Source of the DNA: Lingula anatina
Lineage: Eukaryota > Animalia > Brachiopoda
Assembly (NCBI GenBank): GCA_051362555.1
Contig: CM120640.1
Span: forward strand, 15,004,001 to 15,068,000
Direction: 5' to 3'
Length of the DNA stretch: 64,000 nt
Positions 25,460 to 39,000 of the stretch are shown here, one piece after another (within the stretch, counting starts at the first letter, position 1; each line of letters begins with the position of its first letter). The notes beneath the pieces were generated by a model. It worked only from the letters and a program-made list of their open reading frames with translations, did not search any database and was not told the DNA's origin. Made by a program: the position numbers and the translations under genes.

Positions 25460-28400
25460 TCTTATCTAAACAGAAATATGACTCCCTGGTGGACTTTTCT
25501 TCTATTCTTAAAAAGTTATGGTGAGTACTAATAGTTTTTTTTCTGACCAATAATTTAGTTTTTCAGGCCATTTTCCATACATGAACAATAAAAGACAGTT
25601 ATTTTAACCCAAGAACATATCTGTGTGAATGATAGTGTAGGCTGTTTTCATGTCTTGCACATTTAACAACAAACACTACCATTCTCAAACAAAACATTTA
25701 AAATTACAACACAAAACATATATTCTTTCAAATGCATCATTTCTTCCCTGATATCAGAAAAGGGAGGAGCAGCACATTAAGTTTGATTTATAGGTTCAAC
25801 CGGTCCAAGTGCTTCATAAAATGCCATAACAACATCATAGTTCTGATAATGTTATATTCACTTTAAGGATCAGATTATAAATCAAATTAGTATATCTCAA
25901 AATCAATTAAGTGAACTGTTATTCTTTGGCACCACCCTGCATTGTATCCAAACAGATGAGTTATGAGATGCTGGCTGTCGGTACAGACCATTATGTTCAT
26001 TAGAATGAAATTACACACCCTGTTCAAATGTCCTTGTACAGCTATTGTCAAAGAGCAAATTAATTGTCACTTTAAATTGATCACTTTTTAAGAATATAAA
26101 ATGGGAAAGTTTTCTTTTTTATTGGACATGTACTTGCTGCTTTACCTGTGTATTGAAGTTGAATTCCATTTCCAGTTTATGTAGCACATCAAGTATGTAA
26201 ACACTCAAATGTATATTAATAAATATACTCAGTGTGGATGACAAAATAGTAATGAACAAAACTTAACAACCTGGGAAATGTCTAATATTTTGTAAGATGG
26301 CTTTGCATGGCTGCAAGAAAAAAAACACCTCATATACTAGAAAACTGACAAACATCCATGTTTTGGATTCTGCTGTTCATGCAAAGCACAGTTCATGTTT
26401 TTTTCTGATAAGACCTTCATTGGATTTTGTTTAAACTTATTTAGCATAATAGTTGGTAAAATCTCAGCTGGATTTAAGGCAATTACATCTGAAAAAAATC
26501 AGGAAGCCAGACAAGATACACCTCTTTAGTATAAGCATTTTCAGCTGGAACTTCCTTTGAAGGGAAACAGTGTTGACCTTTTTGAAGAGAGACTCTAGAT
26601 CTTATTCATAAAGTTGAATACTTTTGAAATTATTTGTCATTTTCCCTGCTGTCATACTATTGCTGGTTGATGTGGTTGATGTTAATTCTGCCTTTACAAT
26701 AACACATTTAGAAATTGAATGATAACAATTTGTCAATCAGACCAAAAACATGATTAACCACAACAGGAAAATAATTGATCACAGTGACAATTTACAGATT
26801 TATTAATATCATTGTAAGAGTTGAGTTGCTACCCACGATAATACCTTTTCAGACATTCAGACATTTCAGACATTGCTAAAACATATAATCAGATGAAACC
26901 TTCTCACTGTCCATATCAAGAGGTAAAAATAAAATAAATGACGTTCATGGCCCAAAATTGAGTTCGACTCCCACTGACCCTTGGTATGTCTATACTGAAC
27001 ACAGGTGAGATACCTGCTATAATGAGACCTTTAAAATATTATTTATAGCACAAATGAGAGTCCTGGCACACTATTGATAGTCTTATATGTACTAAGACCC
27101 CCCATTTTCCAATGCCCTATAGCCAAATGGCTTACGTTATGGCAGAAGAGTAATCCTCCGCTTCATACAATGGTTGTGTAATACAAAACACACAACTTTT
27201 CCACCTGGTTAAATAGCAACAGTGCCAAACTGTTATTTAAGCTTCAGAAGTTAGTCAGACATGAACATTTCTTCAAAAGTATCCCTTTAGTTAATGAGTT
27301 CATTCCATAATCGAGATTAATTCTCTTGCTTGGAGAAGGTACATGTCATGTATGGGTAGCATCAAGACCTTCTGCCGTGATAGCAACAGTGCAAGGCAAC
27401 AAAGACAGTGGCCTGATTTTGATACATAAAAAAATTACAGAATATTCATCACAAAAGCTAAAAAACTCTTCAGAAATAATCAAGTAACAATGTCACTGTT
27501 TTCCTATGGCCTAAATGAAAGTTGTAACACACCTATTACTCCCCCCTCCTAGTTTATTTTAACAGTCATCCAAGAAATGAAAACAGTGTTCATACCTTAA
27601 TTACTGAAACTGTTTGTAGAAGTTAACTAAAACTGTACCTATGTGTGCAATAATCACCAATGCTGAGTTGGTGAAAAGAAAGTGTGATAGAAAAACAGCT
27701 TCCATCTGTGTTCCTTGTAAACAGATATCAGAGGAGGTCTGAAATCTTGCTGGGGGTGAAGTACTATTCAAATTTATTTCAATTTCCAGACTATTGACAG
27801 AATAGATAAGAAAAATGTGAAACAGCACCACACACTTCCTTGTGGATGTAGTGTACTTTAGGAAGGGTGCATTCACATAAACACTTCAACCAAATTAACT
27901 TATATCTTCTGAGGTTTTTTGTTGACTTTGAAAATAGTTTTTGCACTCACATATGCTAAGAATTTTACAGATATGTTAGGAAGTGAGGGCAGAAAAAAAA
28001 ACACACCCATCAAACACCTTAAGTATTTGATCTTATTTTACCTTATTTTGTTTCAAATCTTTTTTATTGCACATTTTATGTCCTGAAATTCCTGAGAAAA
28101 GAACTGCATACCTGTTGTACACATACCACTGTTAGACATTTTCCAGTGCTATTTGTATCCATGTGAGATATTTTTGAAAGTGAAATAAAGACTCCAGGTT
28201 TATTAAAAACACAATATCTGTCATGAATCAGAGCTATACTGGCAATGGAGACGAGCTCTTGACAAGATGAACCTGAAGAGTAAAGATCTGTTCACATTCA
28301 CTGAAATTATTGTTGTCTAAACTACAAATATATATGAAAACATTAATTTAGTCATTTTTTCTATCATGGCTACATGTGCCTCTGACTTTGCTGACTTTCA

Positions 28401-31400
28401 CTGATGTTCTTAAATACTTATTTAGTATTTAAGAAAAGTTATTTTAATCATAGTGCTAGTAACTTGACAATGAACATCACATTTTAATGCTTGATATTAA
28501 TTCAGTTTAGACATTTACATTTCCTTTCAACTAGTTCCCAAGTTCCCATGAAATATGAACAGGTGTAGACTGGCAAAACAGAAAAGATCCATTGTCATCT
28601 GACTTCTGTTTCTATGCTGTGAACAGGTGATCAGTCTTTCACTCTGGTCTGGGAAAAGACAGCAAACATTTTCATACAAATATACATTTAGTCTCAGTGA
28701 GAGGGTGCAGCAAGTGAACCGTATCTTAAAAGTGACCAAACTTTGGCAACTGTTGACCAGTCACTTTCACTGCACTGACACATTCTGACAACTTCATTAT
28801 GGTATTGAAAAGAAGTTCAGGTCCAAATGCATATACTATGACATTCATCAATTTCTGAAACAGATTTCACCCAAAAAATATCCTTTTACCTATTTATCTT
28901 CAAGCTAGAAAAGACAAATATTCCTGTTTAATTATTGTTTTTATTTTTATTATAACCTCATAAAAAGGTATTTGATGTACTTCTGGAAAGTTGTTTGCTT
29001 ATTTGTCAACATTTTCAAATTGATACAGTTTCTAGGCTAGAAATGCGCCCAAAGTTTTAAAGGACACTGTCCAAAATGGGTAGAGTCTGATAGTAGAGAG
29101 GCGAGTCTTCGATGTCCTCTGAAACTATGAAGGTTGACAAAAAGAGACGTAATTTATGCAAGACTGAACCCAGTGTGTAGTATCTGGTACTAAAGGATTG
29201 GAAATGTTATGTGTTTTACAATGAATCTAATTACATCTGATTTGCCATTGGGACCCACTGGGTGATTAATGATAGGAACTATCCTGTGTGTGTAATAAGC
29301 TGTGTGGAGACCCAACTCAATACACAGTGTGTGTGTATGTGTGTGGCAGGTGCTCTTCATGGGCTTCTCTTTGTTCCAAACAATCATGATGCAATGGCTA
29401 TGTCCCTTCTACTGAGTTATATAAAAACACCAGCTGATTGAACTCAATGCCCTTGTCTTCATCATGAAATATATTTCTTTCAAATGTCTGGATTACAACA
29501 GAAAAGTCTGCATGGTTCATTTAAATTGGTGTTTGTTTCACTTTTTATTTTTGTCTAATTTTTGCATTATTTTACCTGTTTATTCAATTTTTCATATTAA
29601 AATATTAACAAACCTAGTAGCATTATAACTCGTTTTCTACTATATGTATGTGAAAATGTTTTGTTTTTTTTTTGTTTTTCATCAAAATCATAATTGTTCC
29701 AACTTCCAAAGAATACAGTCAATTTTTATTTTTACTTTTCCAGTCAATATGTGGGCAACAGACCTGGATGTGCTTTTTATCAGAGACAAAATACCACAGT
29801 TTTGGGCCTTTTCACAAAAAGCCTCTACCAACTTAACTACAAACTCCACACTTGAGATGATCACAGTGAATGTGACCACAGAGGCTCCACCTACTGGTGT
29901 GCCATGGAATCACCAGAGCAGCCCATCTTTTGAGTTTATAAACTTCGCCGCAGCTTTGATATTATACAACATTCGTTACCCTGCAGTTTTCTGGACAACA
30001 CACAAGTTACTGACGATGTTATTCTCTGGTCAGTTGTTCCTAGCCACTGTGTTGCATCTGTTTTCTTTTTGTGGATTTGCTGTGACGTACAAACTACAAG
30101 TGAACAATCATCTGCACCAAGGACTGGAGCTCTCTATGAGTCATGGCGGCATAGCAGTAGCATACATTTTAGGAAACGGAATTGTGTTTTTCTCCTCAAT
30201 CACCATTTTTAAATATGGATATCTATTTTACAATGAACAATTTATTAAAATGCACAGAAACTACCATGCTTTCTTAAAATATGCCATGAAGAATACATGT
30301 GAAGGATATATTCCTCACACAGCAGCCATGGTTATGATGGTGTTATCCTTGGCATGTAAGGGGCCAGTGTTTTACGACTACGTCACAACATACAGGATGA
30401 CAGGAGATCCTCTCATTCTGACCTGTATTGTTATGGATGCTATGTACATGATGGTGTGGATGATTCTTTGGTTTGTGTTTACTCTGAAACAGACATGGAA
30501 GTTCGCAATTCAGCAGCCAGGCAATGCCAAGAACTCTGTTTACACAATTCACAATAGTCACATTGAAACACAGCTTATGAGTGAGGAGGAAAGGAGAAAT
30601 AATGAGGAGCCAACACCGTCTATGAATTCGTCCATTGACACTGACCATGATACAGTAGATGGAGAGGTGACCGTGGCTTTAAGTTCAGCAGACGGCACTG
30701 GGAATTCGTCAACCGGCTCTGACAGTAACAGGGGATCTCCACAAGATGGCTGCTCCTCAGACAATCAAAACACACAAAATACTGGAGCTTTAAGAAAGAA
30801 AATAAAACAAAAGAAGACTTCAGGGCATAAAGTGACATTTGAGGAGCCCATTGCACCAAACCCCATGTACATGGACAATACCCCGCCTCCCCCTAAACCA
30901 CCCCGCTCCCATCAGGTGCAACAAGGGGAACAAATAGCTGTGGAAGTGGATGTCCACGCACAGCTGCACCACAGAGAACATGACAAGCCTGCTAAGAACA
31001 CAGGCAATCCAGATTCTTCAAATAATTTTCATAGGCAATCTAACGACAGGAGATCAAAAGGTGACAGGCAGGGTATTGGCGAGCCTCCACCTGAGACATC
31101 TGTGACACACGCGGACAATAGAAATCAGAGTCAGTATGATGACAAAAGTGGACAACATCAGCAACACCGTCCTACTCAGCAGGAAAGACGTCCGTCCTGT
31201 CCAAATACAGCCAACATGACATCCAAATTACTACCAGGAGATCAACTAGACCACAGTTACATTCCTGAAATCATAGAACAAAGCTATGACCAGGTAAACA
31301 GGACATATGTTCATGATGAATCTCCATTAGTTCCCAACTTCAGGGAGCAAGACTTTCGGGAACATACACCACAACCGGTGCCGGGGACTTCATACACAAC

Positions 31401-31767
31401 AGGTCCAGCACCTCAAGATAGCATGATGAGGCCTTACTCTCCACACGCCACGGCTCAAAACAATAGTGGACCATACACACCACAGACAGATTATTTATTA
31501 CCACAGACAGGTGTTCACAGGCCTTTCACACCCCAAAATACTCATACTTCAACCTACATGCCAAATGGACATGCCAAGCCAAATCCTGACTATATAGAAA
31601 TGCGTGGAGGGAATCAAACTAAGCCATTTGAGTTCAGACATCTACAGATTGTTCCAAAGAAACATGAAATGGGCAGACGAGACTCGGCTAATTACTCGTT
31701 GACGTCCTCACAAGAGACGTCATCAAATAACTCGGACAATGTTCCAGCCTTGTGTAGTGAGGTTTAA
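24815..31767 (+). CDS. tinc: Tincar-like multi-pass transmembrane protein; join(24815..25283,29744..31767), ~830 aa
   Basis: N-terminal NSFWCIWY...QGYLTY and FKVENYANDG motifs recall protostome tincar; multiple hydrophobic helices, then a long disordered tail. In-frame stop at 24803 before the ATG; donor G|GTGAG 25283 and acceptor CAG| 29743 match in phase 1. Confidence 0.85.
29744..31767 (+). CDS. tinc: Tincar-like coding exon 2 (further TM helices and cytoplasmic tail)
   Basis: 2-kb open frame; polypyrimidine tract plus CAG acceptor; protein ends ...PALCSEV*. Confidence 0.92.
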
Positions 31768-33035
31768 CTTGGAGCAATCTGGAGAAAAATATTCTTTATA
31801 TTATGATTTATGAATAATCATATTGCAAAAAAAAAATGTACACAATCGAAAAATTCTGTGTACCATGATGTTTCTATTGGACTGACAATACAAAGCTCAT
31901 TAGACTTATAGGCTCTTTTCACACTGAGAGTGGGGTAGCTTAATTAAATTAAACCATGGGACATATGGAAGAAGCTTAATTTTTTAGGTGAACTCAGATT
32001 TAAACAAAAATATTTATAGATAGATGTTAGGGCAAATATGAAAGTTTAAAGTGTGCAATTACTTATAAATACACATAGTTAATAGCTGTACTGTATTTTA
32101 AGGATAGGCTATATATATGATGTTATATATGCATTATGCCAAATGGAGTATCACCAAAGTTAAACATATCTCAATGTACATATAACTGTAAATAATATTT
32201 GGCACCACACCTATGCCATCAAAATGTTGGTCCCTAGCAACTTTTTTTTTTCATTTCTATACTTTTTTATCAATTGAGATTCATTTCTTGGTGGTAGTCT
32301 TCAAAAGTGACAGAACCTTTCCACAAAATTTATAATGTGGTGCCACATCTCTTGGACGAAGTCTTTTCAGGAAGGAAAATAATTATTTTAAATTTGTAAA
32401 TGAGGTTAAGATGTCAGAATTTTTATTGACAGATAAATCTGACTAAGAATAAAACTGTATATATAACTAATGTAACAAGTAGGTCTATCAGCAATGCGCT
32501 GTATTTACCACATTTGTATAGCGATGACATGCTGAGATCTATAGAAGTTTGAGTATTTGCAGCACTAGGATATACCTAGCTCTTTGACTGGTCACCATTT
32601 AGAAGCTTAAAGCTGAGAACTTCATATTTCAGATGCAAGTTCTTTGCTTCAAATTGCCAAAGAAATGTAAAATAAAGTAAGCAAAAAATAAGTTAAATAA
32701 ATAAATTTATTTTCTTTCTCTTGTTAAGCTGTTATCAATATAGTCTTTTAAATCAATAAATACATTAACATTCTTCAATAAGTTAATTAAATTTACATCC
32801 ATCATGTTCCAAGTCAATTTATTCACTTTTGCTTAAAATAACATTTCAAAATTGTTCAATTTTCAAGTTCAACCATACAACATTTACTCTGTGACTTTTG
32901 CAACTAGTATGCATTAGATACATGCAAAACTGAGCAGTGACATCTTTAAATTTAGATGTTCTAAAATGGAAGCCTGAATGTTCTGCTGGTTAAAAGTAGC
33001 ACTGGAATCCATCCACTTACCACAGCAAAGATATG

Positions 33036-33078
33036 TCACATATTTGATTTTGTCTCCCACTTTTGTTTGGGTTGAAAA
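33036..33078 (-). CDS. FAM204A: FAM204A coding exon 8 (last)
   Basis: FQPKQKWETKSNM*. Confidence 0.9.
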
Positions 33079-35975
33079 CTGAAACATGAAAAACGTGATG
33101 CTTATAGAGAGGAAACTGAAAATGATAATATTTTTCAGCTTCAAATAGGTTATCATTTGTCAAGGTCAATGTAGATATTCTCATTTGAATCAATACCCAA
33201 GAACATTTAAATCAATAAAGCTAAAACTTGCACAAAAATTTTTTAAAAGAAAATGTAATCTAGTCCAGGCTTGCAATGGGAAAAAAGTGGAAGTAATAGA
33301 AAGATATATTTCATCAAATAAAAAAATTATAATAAGAAAGACTCTTACACCCAGTGAAGCTTCTTTTTCTTCCTGGACACAGCCGATTCCTCTTCTTCCT
33401 TTAAAATAAAGTTTCAGTGTTAGTATTATGAATCTAAATACAAAAAGTAAAGTATTATATTCACTTGCATACTTTTTTTTATTTAATAAATAATAAAAAT
33501 GAGAAAATAACACAGACAGTTAAACTGTTAAAATATCTTTAAGAAGTACCTAATGAATTTACCTTTTTGGCCTCTACAAACTTCTTAGCATCTATTGCAT
33601 CTGCTATCTTCTTTCCAAACTGAAACAGTCATATAAGAACACAATCATCTCATTTGCCGCTTGGTGGCAGCACCTGCTTGTTCACAGTTCAAGAAACAGC
33701 ACCTGCCAGATGGCAGCACTGTTAATCAAAACAAACACTACCTTGACCTAAATGGACCAACGGAATGGTAAGTTCTGTGAGCACATACATCTAGTATTGT
33801 ATAAGCTTCAAATATGCTTTCTAAAGTGGTCAATGTTTAAGTATGTCAACAAAGCAGCTGAGTGTACCTACTGGTTGGAATAAGCACTGTGGATAGGAAA
33901 GTTGCAAGACTACCTCTTATAAATTGTAACTACAGAGTACATGGTACAGGTATAGTGCCCATAAATGGAGTCTAGGGAGTATCAACTGACTTTCAGTACA
34001 TGCATCTAGCTAGATATTCTTACAGAGGCACATAGATATTTAATCAAGTCCATGTTAAATGTATTCCACTGCTTGTATTTTACAGACTAAGCATTTAAAT
34101 GATTGCAATTCAGCAAATTGAAAGCCCTGTGTTTCAAAACCCATAATAACGCTTACAACTGATGTCAGAACATTTATCTATAACTCAATCCTCATTTTTT
34201 TCAGAGGCTGAAGACCACGTAAGCACCAGACACAGATGGTGTAGCGATGTTGCTAAGGCTACTTCATTATCAAGGGCACACTGCAAACACCTGAAATGCT
34301 TCCCTCAGACATACGACACCATGCCAGGCCAGATTTTCCTGCAGAGATGAAAACTGTTCTCTTTGGTGAATCAGGGACACTTATAAACCAAGTAATATTG
34401 ACAAGAACTCCACAACTACCATCATGTCAGAAAAGAAACCAACAGTCGAGGCCTTTACAAAGTGGACAAAGCCAGTGGTATCAAGGAAGCCTCTGTCCTC
34501 AACAATATCCACATAGCTCTGAACAGTAAGCCATTTGCAAATAGACCAGCACCCACGAGATATCTGCACAAGCCTTATTAAACACAATAACACTTGGCAT
34601 TAACAGTGATTACAGTGATTCTTACTGCACCAGTTCTGTGATAGAAAGTTTGACATTCTGTGTGGTTTAAGTGTGCCTAAACCTTAGCAACACCAAATAA
34701 ACTGATTGCCCTGCATTTCATGTTAAGCCTAAGGTCAAGCACGTTTACCATTTGCAAGATTACATTCATTGTTATATCTCCCATCTTTTTTTCTAATCAC
34801 ACCATAGAAGGGTAAGTTTCTTACATTTTGATTTTCTCAATCAACAAACACAATTTTCATGACATTTTGTTTTTAAATGTGAAAATAGTTTCATTGGATC
34901 TCAGTTTTGTAAGTCAGTATGTTTTCATTTGTGATAGATCCAGATATTTGATTTGCCTGTTGAACAGTCAACAGGTAAATCAAATATCTGAATCTATCAT
35001 AAATGAAAACTTTCTGACCATTTTGTTTTTGTTGTTGTCATAGTTGATGTTCTTTAATGCTGTGTGCTGTGTTCTATTGTGTTTTGAATAATCTGAAATT
35101 CTTGGAGCTTAATTAATTTTGTACTTGTGTGTGTCTATCTACTTCCCCTCTCCTTTACCTTTTGACTTGACTGAAGACTTTGTGTGGTAATGTTAGTATA
35201 GGAACAATATATTCATGCAAATTCCCTTTCTTTTATAACAGTTTCTGACTATCAACTATTTGATTAATTTATCTGTTGAATTTTCGTTGAAGCGTAAATA
35301 CATACGATACTGAAAGTACTCTATCCATTTCCAATACGAAAAAAGATGAATGATCAAAAATATTTCACATTTTACACGCATGTACAGACCTGAAGTTATT
35401 TGAACAATGAAACAGTAGATTTAAAACAACTAGCAAATTGCCACACATCGTAATTGTGTTTTTTGAAAATTCACAACTAACACAATTTCCTTTCTCTCAT
35501 TGAAAAGGTGGAATGTTGCAACACATCTGTTCCATACACTACGTATATTCATAGAGTCCTACAATTTGATGATAATTTTACAAATCAAACAACTTTAGTG
35601 AATAAAAACACATTTTTAAGTCTATTCAAAAATATTTATAACACCAAACACAATGCAACCTTTCCAAGGCAATCTCAGATATGGCAAAAAAAAAAAAAAA
35701 AAAAAAAAAAAAACTAGCCTGACAATATAACCATCTTCTTCATCCAGACACCCCGAGTCTCAGATGGACAGCTTGTACCCCAGTATTTACCACACCCTGG
35801 ATATCCACACTCAGGTCCTGACAGCTGTCACCCATAACTCTACCTCAGAGCTGCACCATCTGCTGGAGAGAGGCGCCAAAGTCAATGCCAGAATACAACA
35901 GCTGGGAGGGAACACAGCGTTACACATAGCAGCTAAGAAAGGGCATGAGGAATGTCTAGCTATACTGCTAAATGC

Positions 35976-36019
<44 letters not shown>

Positions 36020-39000
36020 AACAACAGGTTAAGTAGTTACCAATGTATGCCTGATGAAATTAAAGATGCTTTTGAAAGAGTTTGTAAAAATAATAACATA
36101 AATGGACAATAACAATATTTTGTCATGATACTGGACAATACGCTGTGCCATTTGCATCATATCTAAATGATCCTACATTTCAGAAATTTATATTATGGAA
36201 AAAAATATATGCATCAATATTCTGAAAAATAATTGATCAGCAATGATCAAATAAATATATTTTAAAAAAATCAATCACTTAGTCCTAAAAGCCGACCACT
36301 AAATTACCGATTAAATTATGGTATGCTGAAAAAAATACCTGCATCATTAAAATTCATTATGCTTCCATATATAGAAGACAAATTATGAGAAAAGTCTGGC
36401 AAGAAAAAATTGAGTTTTAATATTTCTCACAAATCTGGGACAAGTGCAAAGATAGCATTCTGGTTCATAAAACCTACAAAGAGCCTGCAATCAATACCTT
36501 TCATAAAGTATAATCCCTGAGCCATTAATCATTATTTGACCTTTCATTGATGTGAAATAAAATGTTTGCTGAGTTGACAACAGCACTAGACTTGCATGGA
36601 TCAATACACCAGTATAAGCATTACTGATAATGTCGACTTACACACTTCTGATATAATCCACTCTTTGAAGTTATAATAATAACTATGAATTTCATATTAT
36701 TATAAATACCAACAAGTATGTGTTGCCTTTCCATGTAAATCTTCAGTTGTGAAATTTAACACTATAGTGTCTTTGGGGTGTCTCCAAATTGTTTTATCTC
36801 GGCCTATTCACATACATTGTCAAACTGCAAAAATCATTAAAGGTCTATTATAAGTATAAAGATAAATGAAACCAGTTAAGTGTTGACCCTGGCTACTGCT
36901 GAATACGGCTGAGCTAATTAACACAGGCCACTGGAAAATGGCACATCGCAGTTGTTCGGCTTACAGTTGGAGACCTCCGCCTCCAAAGTTTGAGTTAACA
37001 CGATGGAGTGCTAACCCTTCGAGATCTAAACTTCAGTCTAGTTCAAAGAGAAGTAAGTTATTTAGGATGAAAACCACCTGCTGCAAGCAAACACTTACAG
37101 CAGTGCAGTTGACTGCTACAAATAGAGCAGTCTAGCAGCACTATTAACTGCTGCAAACACACTGGCGTCTCATCTAGTTGCTCTTTTTGCCACGTTTTGT
37201 TTATGACTAAACATGTTGAGCATTTTCCATGAAAAATGCCTCACCTGTTTAGCATAATGTTCTTTATAATATTCAAGTCAATGAATTTTGAAAACATTAC
37301 ATTTTACTTGTTTTATTTATTTATTTTTTTGTCAAATTTAAGGAGCTAAGGGAGACAAGACCAATGACTTGGGATTCACACCACTCTACTATGCACTTCT
37401 CAAAGGTTACCTACACTGTGCCGAGATGCTGCTGGGCAATGGCGACTCTCCTAGGACCCTTACCCCATTCTGGAAAGCCAAAGACAAACAGGGAATGCCA
37501 CAATGGCTGAAGTATACCATAGCTACAAAGAGATTTCTGATCATGGCTACACCCAGTGTCTCCTCATTAGGCATCGAGATAAATGGCTGGTTGTTCTCAG
37601 CTTTTCTACAAATCCCAGACATGTTTTCTGCTGTGAAAATGTACCTCCTAACAGGCAACAGGCTCAGCCATGCTCAACTGTTACAAGTGAAAGCGTTGTG
37701 TTCCAAGGAACAAGATGCAGGGAAAAAATTAGAGTGGCTGGACAACTACGAACAGAATGTTCTCACACTCCAGGAATGTTCCAGAATAGCCATAAGGAAA
37801 CATTTAGTTCCCAATGTTGTGTATGGAGCGAAGCATTTGAGAGTGCCAAACAGAGTCAAAGAATATATCCTCTTCAAGCACTCACAAATTTAGGAATAAC
37901 TGTGTTAATTTATAGAATGTGTTTTTAATAAGCAGTTACAACACACCCAGTGCCATTTGTGTAGTATTAGTATTTTATGCAAATAACATGTTTTTATGAA
38001 TACACCTATTTTGACAGTTTTAAACAGAACAAATGGGTTTGATGTACTGGTAATCAAAATATCCTACTGTATTCTACTTCCACATTTTATATAAGCTGTT
38101 CATTTTTGCATACTGTGATTTTTTCACCTCTGCAATTGTGATAATATCAACCTCCATCCACCTTGAATTGTATAGCAAGATTTTTAAGATCTGCAAATTT
38201 TTACTAACAACATTAAATGATATTTAATAATCATATGAATAATTCATGATATAAATGATTTCATTGATAATGTGATTCACAAGTATTTCAACATGTACAG
38301 CTGTACATAAGTTGTAAACCAACTGTAATAAAAGTTACACAAATAGGTCTTTCATATACCATCTTACCTCCCTGTTGGCTAATTTATCACTTAGTTTCTC
38401 TGCAGTTTCAAAGTCTCCTTGTTTCACGCACAAATCAATGTCTTCTTCCAGTTTTGTCTATAAAAATACAGGTACTGAAGGTCATTCTTAATTCTTGAAA
38501 TTGAATAGTTGCAACTCCATATTAAGCAACAAAATAAATGTAAAAACATTCATTTCTTCCAAATCAATCAATGTCCACTTGATTTTATTCCAATATTTTC
38601 ACTGAACTGAAGATCAGATCATTAATTTTAAACTTTTAAAGATGGAAAATATCAGATATGACTTCAGTGCTCAGAAAGAACAATAAAAATGGTTACTAGT
38701 GATAGAGAAAGAGAAGACAGTTTTGCATATGGTGAAAACAGTATCAAACAGGCCAGCCACACAGACTGCTGGCAAGAATACAACAAACAAAATAAAGGGT
38801 TTTTCAATAACTGACCTTTGGCGCATGCTTGCCTGGATCTGTTCCCTTCAAGTGATCACTGGCTCCCAAATATTGCTTGATATTTTGCCACTCTTCTTGT
38901 CCATTGCAACTTGCGGCTCTCCTAAATGACAATTCAACAATTATCAAATATTGGTTAAAAAATAACTAGTGTCTAAAGACACTCGACATGTTTTTCTGCC

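Noticed and set aside
28407-28435. Perfect 12-bp hairpin (a similar 13-bp one lies at ~11692-11719)
   Set aside because: Almost all A/T in an AT-rich genome and too short for a pre-miRNA; probably a local inversion or repair scar.
29688-30859. Antisense ORFs within tincar exon 2
   Set aside because: Shadow ORFs of a long coding exon, with no independent signals.
37503-37928. 141-aa alternative-frame ORF over ASB exon 3
   Set aside because: Overlaps the true frame and has no recognisable features.
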